Assembly (NCBI GenBank): GCA_002269645.1
Contig: NIVC01001151.1
Span: 186,001 to 250,000, forward strand
Source of the DNA: Macrostomum lignano
Lineage: Eukaryota
Length of the DNA: 64,000 bases
Reading direction: 5' to 3'
Positions 34,136-45,000 of the stretch are shown here, in pieces. The notes below the pieces were generated by a model. It made no database searches. It was not told the origin of the DNA and saw only the letters and a program-made list of their open reading frames with translations. Positions within the stretch are counted from its first letter, which is position 1. Every line of letters begins with the position of its first letter. Both the position numbers and the translations under genes were made by a program.

Positions 34136-36283
34136 CAGTCAGTCAACTTCATTCCCACAGCGAGTCCGAGTTCTCAAAGCGGCTCCACGAGTCCCTCAGC
34201 AGCTCAGGATTCACCCGCATCAACGCGGCTGTTCAGAGCGGCACTGCGGCTGCCTTGGAGAAGATTCTGAGACAGAGTCTGGGCAGCCAATGCTTTTTGG
34301 TCGGCAGCTTCGCCGATGGCTGGGGCAACTGCCTCACAGGAATCTGCGGTCGGACTGATGCGGACTCCGACATGGATGTCACTGAGTTTCAGACGGGATT
34401 GCAGCTGCACATTGCGGGAAGTGGAGTACACGACGAAATGGAGAGAAAAGTAACGTGCAAAGAAGTCGAGTTCAGTGACGGTCACATCAAGCACCAAATA
34501 GACTGTGAGTTCTTGTCTGACTTCATAAAAAGGTACAACTTATGTTAAGTTGTTGATTTAAAAGTTTGCATGCCACTCCCATCCAACTCATTCAACTGCA
34601 GCCTCCAAGCCGAACGTCGCCACCTCTGGCATGACTTTGAGGCCTTCAGTCGACATTGTGAGAGCCATCCCCTGCTGCTTTTATCCTGAATTCGAAATTT
34701 TCCGACCCGGCTACAAGTCGTGCATTCCCGAGGACATTTTATCGGCCATTCGATCTGACACCCAGTGCCACGCGGTCGCGGCAGCTCCTCCAGGTCTCGA
34801 GGGCCAGTGCATGCGATTTAGCACTACACTCATGGAGAGGGCGCTCATGCACAGTCTCACTACACTTCAAGGTCAGCTCTTCGTCATGCTCAAGTACATC
34901 ATCAAACGAGTGATTGTGAAGCGAGTCAAGGGTCTGAAGACCTACCACGCAAAGAACTTGCTCCTCTACATGCTGGACAGGACACCGGATGACGAGTGGC
35001 GACCGCACAATCTGATCAAGCTGGTGAGACAGTCGCTGCAGCTGCTGCTCGACTCTCTCACTGACTCAAACAGCAGTGAGCAGCAGTGCATGCAGCACTT
35101 CTTCATGAGAGACGCCGCCATCTACTTGCGCAAGGACCACGAGGGAAAGACGAAGATCAAAGAAGTTGTGAGTCAAGTGATGGAGGAGCTGCCGCATCTG
35201 ATGTCGGAGTTTGAGCAGACATTGATGAAGAACTCACCGAGTGTGATCGAATTTCACCCGTTTCTCATTATGCCGTTAACTGATGAGCTCAGCATTCCTG
35301 AATCAGACACAGAGTTCGAGTATCACCAGATCTATGATGCAGTGAAGAGAGCTTTAGAGATGCTGAGCAAAGAGATTTCGAGCAGTGATGAAGCGAGTCA
35401 CGTGCAGCAGCTCGGCTCGCTGCTCAATCGGATTCCAGACTGCGCCAGAACTGCCAGAGAGAGTCTGAGAGCTCTGATGGGGCTCAGAGAAGGAAAACCG
35501 ATAGGCTCAGTTGTTGATGCTGCGAGTTCCACCGATGTGAGCAGCGGAATCGCTTGTCCGCAAAGTGAGGCTGATTCCATGTTCCACTTTAGCGTTGAAG
35601 AAGGCAGTGCAGAATACCTCACAGCGAGGCGTGACTTCGTGTGGAAGAGTCTGCTGGAGTCGGACTCAGCATGGAAGTTCATGTTCGATCCCGACCGAAA
35701 GCTGAATTTCCCATTCCTGCCCGACCACATGAGACACATTAAACTGGCATTCCCGTGGCGGGTGCCCTACAGGAGCTGCGACTGTGTCTTCATCAACTTT
35801 CACGCTCTGTACAAGGCGCTCCAACTCGAGGCGAGGAAGCTGAGCGGAGATGATGAAGGAGTCAACACGTTGCTAGGAGACTTTGGTTCCACCAGACTGG
35901 ACACTCAGGAGCTGCTGATGATGCTGCATTACTGCAGCGATGAGGCGAAGCTGGTTGAGATCATTCACAGCAACAGACAGATGATTGTGGACACTGGACT
36001 GGCTGGGCCCGTGCTGAGGATCCTGGATGAGAGGGTGAGTTCTCGCGATTTCTGTCCTGCTTGACTTTCTCGAATTTCGTCTTGCGCTGAGAAGCCGATG
36101 TGAAAATCGAAATTGCAGCCGGCACTGCGCCAGCGATGCGTTCGAGCGACTTGGGCGAAGGTGGAGGAGCTGAGCAGCCAGAGAGAGCTCTCATCGGCCG
36201 AGGAGCGGCTGCGGGTGGAGCTGAGGATGTGGAGAGCGAGGCATTTCCTGTGGGAGAAGGAGGGGATCGAGTCTGATGATTGA
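29830..36283 (+). CDS. Ankyrin-repeat / cGAS-like (Mab-21) nucleotidyltransferase fusion (cGLR-like), ~2044 aa; exons 29830..34022, 34161..34504, 34602..36034, 36119..36283
   Basis: Junctions AA|GTAAGT..CCCACAG|C (phase 2), T|GTGAGT..CTGCAG|CC (phase 1), AGG|GTGAGT..TTGCAG|CCG (phase 0) join three tracked ORFs plus an untracked last exon in frame (6135 nt). NTase motif VGSF..(x20)..DMD, third acid in PSVDIVRAI, Mab-21 C-lobe motifs MRFSTTLMERAL, MLKYIIK, LKTYHAKNLL, CMQHFF. Confidence 0.85.
30646..33417 (+). repeat. Coding array of 28 tandem 99-bp (33-aa) ankyrin units with very high internal identity
   Basis: Units start every 99 bp from 30646; scaffold GHL[EQ]VVAKLIDCGASIDLQ is almost invariant. 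Confidence 0.95.
34050..34135. repeat. (GATA)n microsatellite in intron 1 of the ANK-cGLR gene
   Basis: Read directly. Confidence 0.95.
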
Positions 36284-36661
36284 CAGGTGAGTGACTGAGA
36301 CTGATGATTGACAGGTGAGGGACTGAGGCTGATGATTGACAGGTGAGTGACTGAGGCTGATGATTGACAGGTGAGTGACTGAGGCTGGTGAGTGACTGAG
36401 GCTGGTGAGTGACAGGTGAGTGACTGAGGCTGATGACTGACAGGTGAGTGACTGAGGCTGATGACTGACAGGTGAGTGACTGAGGCTGATAAGTGACAGG
36501 TGAGAGACTGAGGCTGATGATTGACAGATGAGTGAATGAAGCAAATTTTTCAGCCTCCCCATTTCCCATTGCAGGCCCAGCCGCACCGCAGCTCAAGGAT
36601 GTCCGGCTTTGCAGAATTTTCATCGACTTTTGTGCGCCGCGTCTTTTGCCCGTTTTGCCGA

Positions 36662-36970
36662 GCTGACTGACCCTCAGCTGACTGACCCTCAGCTGACTGA
36701 CCCCCAGCTGACTGACCCTCAGCTGACTGACCCCCAGCTGACTGACCCCAAACTGACTGACCCTCAGCTGACTGACCCCCAGCTGACTGACCCCCAGCTG
36801 ACTGACCCCCAGCTGACTGACCCCAGCTGACTGACCCCAGCTGACTGACCTCAGCTGACTGACCCCCAGCTGACTGACCTCAGCCGACTGACCCCCAGCT
36901 GACTGACCTCAGCTGACTGACCCCCAGCTGACTGACCCCCAGCTGACTGGCCTCAGCTGACTGACCCCGC
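36662..36970. repeat. 14-15-bp CTGACTGACCCCCAG array (~21 copies)
   Basis: Only ~2 copies at the paralogous site, 1353-1380. Confidence 0.9.
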
Positions 36971-37829
36971 ACAGGAACGTACTGCATTGCAGCTTTAAGC
37001 CTCAGTGGGGCAGCTGCAGTACCGCTAAGCTGAAATGCAGTGCAAAATGCAGTGTGCCATGGCTCAGCGATAAGATTTTGTGAGCCTCACCACTTGCTGC
37101 AGCTGCCATTCCGCCTCCATGTCTGTCTTGTGAAGGCAGATTCCAAATCCCAGATTCCAAATCCCACATCCCAAATCCCAGATCCCAAATCCTAGATTCC
37201 AAATCCCAGATTCCTAATCCCAGATCCCAAATCCCAGATCCCATATCCCAGACTCCAAATCCCAGATTCCAAATCCCAGATCCCGCATCCCAGATCACAA
37301 ATCCCAGATCGCAAATCCCAGATCCCATATCCCAGAAGCAGTCAGTTGAAATCTCAGCTTCAGTGCTGACGCTACTCATGCCTTCTGTAATGCTGGCTCA
37401 GCAGCTCTCAGACTTTATTTTGGTCAGTTCTGCTTTTGCTGACTTGATTTTCCTGTCAGTTGCTTCCGTGCTGCAAATTGCTGCTTTTTTGAGCTGTGCT
37501 CAAATTCTTCCTGTTCTCTCATGTGCCGCCGTTTTTAACTGTTTTGTTTTACTTGTTTCAGTGTTTGTTTAAATGTCCATTTCAAATTTGTTAAAATGCT
37601 GTGTCAGGCTCTGCCACTCCCATTGCTACTCAAAGTAGAGCAGGCTGATTCTGTGCTCTAGTGGCTCAGGCATCTCAACTGACCTCAGGCCACGGCTGTC
37701 AGCATTTCATTGTTTATTGCTGAGCAGCTGGGACTCAGGCTGGGATCTCCCCAGATCCTCAGGGCTGGTGCAATCCACTGGGGTCCTCGCGATTCTTCCC
37801 AACGTCTGTCTCTTTGGTTTCTGTGGTGT

Positions 37830-40385
37830 TCTCCCTGATCCCTGTGATCTCCCTGATCCCCGTGTTCAGCTCCCTAATCCCTGTGTTCTCCCTTATCCCT
37901 GTGTTCTCCCTGATCCCTGATCCCCGTGTTCAGCTCCCTAATCCCTGTGTTCTCCCAGATCCCTGTGTTCTCCCTGATCCCTGTGATCTCCCTAATCCCT
38001 GTGTTCTCCCTGATCCCTGTGATCTCCCTGATCCCTGTGATCTCCCTGATCCCTGTGTTCTCCCTGATCCCTGTGATATCCCTGATCCCTGTGTTCTCCC
38101 TGATCCCTGTGTTCTCCCTGATCCCTGTGATCTCCCTGATCCCTGTGATCTCCCTGATCCCCGTGTTCTCCCTGATCCCTGTGATATCCCTGATCCCTGT
38201 GTTCTCCCTAATCCCTGTGTTCTCCCTAATCCCTGTGTTCTCCCTGATCCCTGTGTTCTCCCTAATCCCTGTGTTCTCCCTGATCCCTGTGATCTCCCTG
38301 ATCCCCGTGTTCAGCTCCCTAATCCCTGTGTTCTCCCTAATCCCTGTGTTCTCCCTGATCCCTGTGATCTCCCTGATCCCTGTGTTCCCCCTGATCCCTG
38401 TGATATCCCTGATCCCTGTGTTCTCCCTGATCCCTGTGTTCTCCCTGATCCCTGTGATATCCCTGATCCCTGTGTTCTCCCTGATCCTTGTGTTCTCCCT
38501 GATCCCTGTGATCTCCCTGATCCCTGTGTTCTCCCTGATCCCTGTGTTCTCCCTGATCCCTGTGTTCTCCCTGATCCCTGTGATATCCCTGTGTTCTCCC
38601 TGATCCCTGTGATATCCCTGTGTTCTCCCTGATCCCTGTGATATCCCTGTGTTCTCCCTGATCCCTGTGTTCTCCCTAATCCCTGTGTTCTCCCTGATCC
38701 CTGTGATCTCCCTGATCCCTGTGTTCTCCCTGATCCCTGTGTTCTCCCTGATCCCTGTGTTCTCCCTGATCCCTGTGATATCCCTGATCCCTGTGTTCTC
38801 CCTGATCCCTGTGTTTTCCCTGATCCCTGTGTTCTCCCTGATCCCTGTGATATCCCTGATCCCTGTGTTCTCCCTAATCCCTGTGATATCCCTGATCCCT
38901 GTGATATCCCTGATCCCTGTGTTCTCCCTGATCCCTGTGTTCTCCCTGATCCCTGTGTTCTCCCTGATTCCTGCTGTGTTCTCCCTGATCCCTGTGATCT
39001 CCCTGATCCCTGTGTTCTCCCTGATCCCTGTGTTCTCCCTGATCCCTGTGTTCTCCCTGATTCCTGCTGTGTTCTCCCTGATCCCTGTGATATCCCTGAT
39101 CCCTGTGATCTCCCTGATCCCTGTGTTCTCCCTGATCCCTGTGATATCCCTGATCCCTGTGTTCTCCCTAATCCCTGTGATATCCTTGATCCCTGTGATA
39201 TCCCTGATCCCCGTGTTCTCCCGGATCCCTGTGATATCCCTGATCCCTGTGTTCTCCCTAATCCCTGTGTTCTCCCTAATCCCTGTGTTCTCCCTGATCC
39301 CTGTGTTCTCCCTAATCCCTGTGTTCTCCCTGATCCCTGTGATCTCCCTGATCCCCGTGTTCAGCTCCCTAATCCCTGTGTTCTCCCTAATCCCTGTGTT
39401 CTCCCTGATCCCTGTGATCTCCCTGATCCCTGTGTTCCCCCTGATCCCTGTGATATCCCTGATCCCTGTGTTCTCCCTGATCCCTGTGTTCTCCCTGATC
39501 CCTGTGATATCCCTGATCCCTGTGTTCTCCCTGATCCTTGTGTTCTCCCTGATCCCTGTGATCTCCCTGATCCCTGTGTTCTCCCTGATCCCTGTGTTCT
39601 CCCTGATCCCTGTGATATCCCTGTGTTCTCCCTGATCCCTGTGATATCCCTGTGTTCTCCCTGATCCCTGTGATATCCCTGTGTTCTCCCTGATCCCTGT
39701 GTTCTCCCTGATCCCTGTGTTCTCCCTGATCCCTGTGTTCTCCCTAATCCCTGTGTTCTCCCTGATCCCTGTGATCTCCCTGATCCCTGTGTTCTCCCTG
39801 ATCCCTGTGTTCTCCCTGATCCCTGTGTTCTCCCTGATCCCTGTGATATCCCTGATCCCTGTGTTCTCCCTGATCCCTGTGTTTTCCCTGATCCCTGTGT
39901 TCTCCCTGATCCCTGTGATATCCCTGATCCCTGTGTTCTCCCTAATCCCTGTGATATCCCTGATCCCTGTGATATCCCTGATCCCTGTGTTCTCCCTGAT
40001 CCCTGTGTTCTCCCTGATCCCTGTGTTCTCCCTGATTCCTGCTGTGTTCTCCCTGATCCCTGTGATATCCCTGATCCCTGTGATCTCCCTGATCCCTGTG
40101 TTCTCCCTGATCCCTGTGTTCTCCCTGATTCCTGCTGTGTTCTCCCTGATCCCTGTGATATCCCTGATCCCTGTGATCTCCCTGATCCCTGTGTTCTCCC
40201 TGATCCCTGTGATATCCCTGATCCCTGTGTTCTCCCTAATCCCTGTGATATCCTTGATCCCTGTGATATCCCTGATCCCCGTGTTCTCCCGGATCCCTGA
40301 AATCTCCCTGATCCCTGTGTTCTCCCTGATCCCTGAAATCTCCCTGATTGCCGTGTTCTCCCTGATCCCTGTGTTCTCCCTGACC
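37830..40385. repeat. 2.5-kb 18-bp minisatellite (CCCTGATCCCTGTGTTCT)
   Basis: Read directly; source of the 841-aa GIRENT artefact ORF. Confidence 0.95.
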
Positions 40386-41522
40386 CTCCCTCCTGACAAA
40401 GCTGTCAGCTGTTCCTGACCCTCCTGACAATGCTGTCAGCTGTCCCTGACCCTCCTGACAAGGCTGTCAGCTGTCCCTGACCCCCCTGACAATGCTGTCA
40501 GCTGTCCCTGACCCTCCTGACAAGGCTGTCAGCTGTCCCTGTCAATGCTGTCAGCTGTCCCTGACCCATCTGACAATGCTGTTAAGCTGGAGTTTCCATC
40601 ACGCAGAGCTGCAGTCCGAGCTCCTTGTGAATTCTGTGAGCCAATTGACCTTTTCTCTGCCGTGAGCCACGGCTGGTGACAACTGTTGAATTTGTACTTT
40701 TAACTTCTCTCTGAGACTTCTCTGCCTGCGATGCCCCTCAGTTTTGCTCATTTTGCTCCGCATGGCAACCGACTTTATTGTCCCTGGAGACCGTTGTCAA
40801 GGCCTGCTGTGTATTTGCTGAGAATTCTATCCGTACCCATAGCCTGCACACCTCAATGCTGCCAACACTGCTGCCTTGTATGCTTAAAACACCTCAATGC
40901 TGACTCACTGCTGTCAACATTGCTGCCTTGTATGCTTAAAACACCTCAATGCTGACTCACTGCTGTCAACATTGCTGCCTTGTATGCTTAAAACACCTCA
41001 ATGCTGACTCACTGCTGTCAACATTGCTGCCTTGTATGCTTAAAACATTTCACTTGTCACATTTGTCTCCGTGACGGCACATCAATAAAAGTGGATATTG
41101 AAGCCATCTCAGTGTTTATAAACAAATTTCAATTAACCAAAAGCTGTTCAAGCCTTAATTTTTTTATTTTTTGTTAAACTTTTAGTAAACAACAAAAACT
41201 TAAACAGCAAGGTGCAAAATAAACCATAAAGATGTCAAATTTAAATGATTGATAATTAACATTAATTGGAGAGCAGCTGACAAATCACCGATCAGTTTTC
41301 ATGGTTTGGAATTTGGAGAATTGAAATAATGACAGTTTTGAGTCCTCAGTCTGAAAGCTTAAATATTCGATGAAATTCGAAATGGCGCTCAGGTGATACG
41401 GATCAATTGTTTAATTAATTCGTTCTAACTAATAAAACTACTTGATTAATATGCTGTCTAATTTCACTACTGCATAAATAGTTTTATTCAGAACTGCAGA
41501 AAATAAAAAATATCCACCAACC

Positions 41523-42062
41523 TCAGTGACACCCCAGCTCAGTCAGTGACACTCCAGCTCAGTCAGTGACACCCCAGCTCAGTCAGTGACACTCCAGCTC
41601 AGTCAGTGACACCCCAGCTCCGTCAATGACACCCCAGCTCAGTCAGTGACACCCCAGCTCAATCAGTGACACCCCAGCTCAGTCAGTGACACCCCAGCTC
41701 GGTCAGTGACACCCCAGCTCAGTCAGTGACACCCCAGCTCAATGAGTGACACCCCAGCTCAGTCAGTGACACCCCAGCTCGGTCAGTGACACCCCAGCTC
41801 AGTCAGTGACACCCCCGCTCAGCCAGTGACACCCCAGCTCGGTCAGTGACACCCCAGCTCAGTCAGTGACACCCCAGCTCAGTCAGTGACACCCCAGCTC
41901 AGCCAGTGACACCCCAGCTCAGTCAGTGACACCCCAGCTCAGTCAGTGACACCCCAGCTCAGTCAGTGACACCCCAGCTCAGTCAGTGACACCCCCAGTT
42001 CAGTCAGTGACACCCCAGCTCAGTCAGTGACACCCCAGCTCAGTCAGTGACACCCCAGCTCA
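41523..42062. repeat. 20-bp array abutting and including the transketolase stop codon
   Basis: Minus strand: ...GCC TGA GCTGGGGTGTCACTGAC TGA GCTGGGG... Confidence 0.9.
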
Positions 42063-45000
42063 GGCCAGCATCTCCAGCGCCGCCCGCACGATGGCCTCCG
42101 AGTCGATGCCGAACATCGCCAGCAGCTCCTGCGACTTGCCGCTGCGAGGCACCGCGCCCACGGCCAGGCGGCGGACGGGAACTCCGGGCAGAGAGGCCGC
42201 CACCGCCTCGCCCAGGCCGCCCTCGGGGTAGTGGTCCTCCACGGTCAGCACCCGGTTGCCGGTGGCGGCGGCGCTCTGGCGGAGCAGCTCGGCGTCGATG
42301 GGCTTGACGGTGAACGGGTCGACGACTCGGACTGCGATGCCCCTCTTGGCGAGCTGGTCGGCTGCGGCCAGCGCCTCCGTGATGGTGACGCCCGCGCCAA
42401 CGATGGTGAGCTGAAGGAGGAGGGAGATGGTTGGCTCTGCGTGTCTGTCTGTCTGTCTGTCCGTCTGTGTCTGTCTGTCTTAGTGTCTGTTTTAGTGTCT
42501 GTCTGTCTGCCTTTCTGTCTGTCTGTCTGTCTGTCTGTGTGTCTGTGTGTCTGTGTGTCTGTCTGTCTGTGTGTCTGTCTGTCTGACTGTCTGTCTGTCT
42601 CTCTGTCTGTCTGTGTCGGTGTGTCTGTCTGTGTCTGTGTGTCTGTCTGTCTGTCTTAGTGTCTGCCTGCCTGCCTGTCTGTCTGTCTGTCCGTCACCAG
42701 CTCAGCAGCCCCGCAGACCTTATCCGCCTCGGACTGGCGCACCAGATGCCCCTTGCCCACGGCAAAGGCGGTGTCATCTCCGTACAGGACGGGCTGGTTC
42801 GGCCTGCCGGTGCGGATGAAGCAGATGCCGCTGGTGTTGGCCGCCAGCTCCACGGCCCGCTCGGCGCTGACAGCATCAGACGGGTAGAAGACGGTGGAGC
42901 CGGGCAGAGAGCGGAACATGGCGAGGTCCTCCAGGGCCATCTGGCTCGGCCCGTCCTCGCCGATGCTGACGCCGGCGTGGCTGCCAGCGAAGTTCGCGTC
43001 GGTCTGGCTGATGGCCGCCATGCGCAGCTGGTCGAAGGTGCGCGTCAGGAAGGCGGCGAAGGTCGAGACGAAGACGACCCGGCGACGGCGAGCGGCTATG
43101 CCGACGGCGACACCGACCATGTTCTGCTCGGCGATGAAGCACTCGATGAAGCGGTCGGGGAAGGCCTGCGGTTTTTGAGGTGGGGATCAGCATGATCTGG
43201 GGATTTTTATCCCTAAGACTGCGAGTTCTATTAGTGAGGCTTCAGTCTCCCAAATCCCATCAGCTGAGTTTTCAGTCTATCAAATCCCATCAGTGAGGCT
43301 TCAGTCTCCCAAATCCCAAAAGTGAGGCTTCAGTCTCCCAAATCCCATCAGCTGAGTTTTCAGTCTATCAAATCCCATCAGTGAGGCTTCAGTCTCCCAA
43401 ATCCCAAAAGTGAGGCTTCAGTCTCCCGAATCCCATCAGCTGAAGCTTCAGTCTCCCAATCCAATCAGTGAGGCTTCAGTCTCCCAAATCCCATCAGCAG
43501 AGGCTTCAGTCTCCTAAATCCCATCAGCTGAGGTTTCAGTCTCCCAAATCCCATCAGCAGAGGCTTCAGTCTCCCAAATCCCATCAGCTGAGGTTTCAGT
43601 CTCCCAAATCCCATCAGTGAGGCTTCAGTCTCCCAAACCCCATCAGTGAGGCTTCAGTCTCCCAAATCCCATTAACTGAGGCTTCAGTCTCCCAAATCCC
43701 ATCAGCTGAGGCTTCAGTCTTCAAATCCCATCAGTGAGCTCCCAAATCCCATCAGTGAGGCTTCAGTCTCCCAAATCCCATCAGCTGAGGCTTCAGTCTT
43801 CAAATCCCATCAGTGAGCTCCCAAATCCCATCAGTGAGGCTTCAGTCTCCCAAATCCCATCAGTGAGGCTTCAGTCTCCCAAATCCCATCAGTGAGGCTT
43901 TCAGTCTCCCATATCCCAAAAGTGAGGCTTCAGTCAAATCATCAGCAGAGTCTTCAGTCTCCCTAATGCCGCCCCAGCTCACCTGGGCGAACTTCAAGCT
44001 GAAGGTGGAATTCTTGGTGTCGCCGTCCAGAGCCACCACCCGCCGGCTCGCCTCCCCCAGCTTCACCAGCGCGTTGCCGTAGGCCAGGCGGGTCGCCACC
44101 TGCTCGCCCAGCTTGTAGCCGGGAGGCCGCGACAGCCGCAGCGCGGCTTCCTCGCCGCCGGCGTCCAGCGGGGCGGGGGCGGACTCGGTGGGCATCGCCG
44201 GACAGAGGCCAGGGGCCGGGCCGGACAGCGCGTCCCGGATGTTGGCGAGGGCGGAGTCCGTCTTGGCGCCCAGCGGCTTGCCGTGGTAGTCCAGCTGGTC
44301 CTCGACTCCGATGAAGCCCTTACCCTGGGGTGGGATTCAAGTGGGAAATTTATTGGTGGGATTCAAGTGGGATATTTATGGATGGGATTCAAGTGGGATT
44401 CAGGTGCGATTCAGGCGGAATATACCTGCCGCATACCTTGAAGGTCACAGCCACAATGCAGCTGGGCTTGTCCTTAACCCTGGAAGCCTCATCAAAGCCA
44501 GCCACCAGCTGCTCAACGTTGTGCCCGTCAAGCACGATGGCGTGCCAGCCGAAGGCCTCCATGCGGGCTTTGTACACCTCGGCGGAGTGCTGCAGCGGCG
44601 TCGGGTCCGACTGGCCCAGCCGGTTCACGTCCAGGATGGCGACCAGGTTGTCCAGGCGGTAGTGCGCGGCGAAGGCGGCCGCCTCCCAGATGCTGCCCTC
44701 GGCTGATTCACCGTCGCCAATGACGCAGAAGACCCGGTAGCTGAGCTTGTCCATGTGCTTGCCGGCGTGGGCCATGCCCGCCGCGAAGCTCAGGCCCTGC
44801 GGGATGCCGGATATCGATTAGCGATAATGGGCGATACTGATGGATATCGATTAGCGATAATGAGCGATACTGATGGATATCGATTAGCGAAATGGGCGAT
44901 ACTGATGGATATCGATTAGCGATAATGAGCGATATTGATGGATATTGATTAGCGATAATGGCCGATACTGATGGATATCGATTAGCGATAATGGGGGATA

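Larger units (their letters stand above)
35545..42065 (+). repeat. Segmental duplication partner of 1..4409 (direct orientation)
   Basis: Same order of unique segments and arrays, with near-identical unique sequence; homology ends at ...CCCCAGCTCAGGC. Confidence 0.92.

Noticed and set aside
37814-40418. 841-aa GIRENT ORF and antisense ORFs
   Set aside because: 18-bp satellite whose length differs five-fold from its paralogue; not coding.
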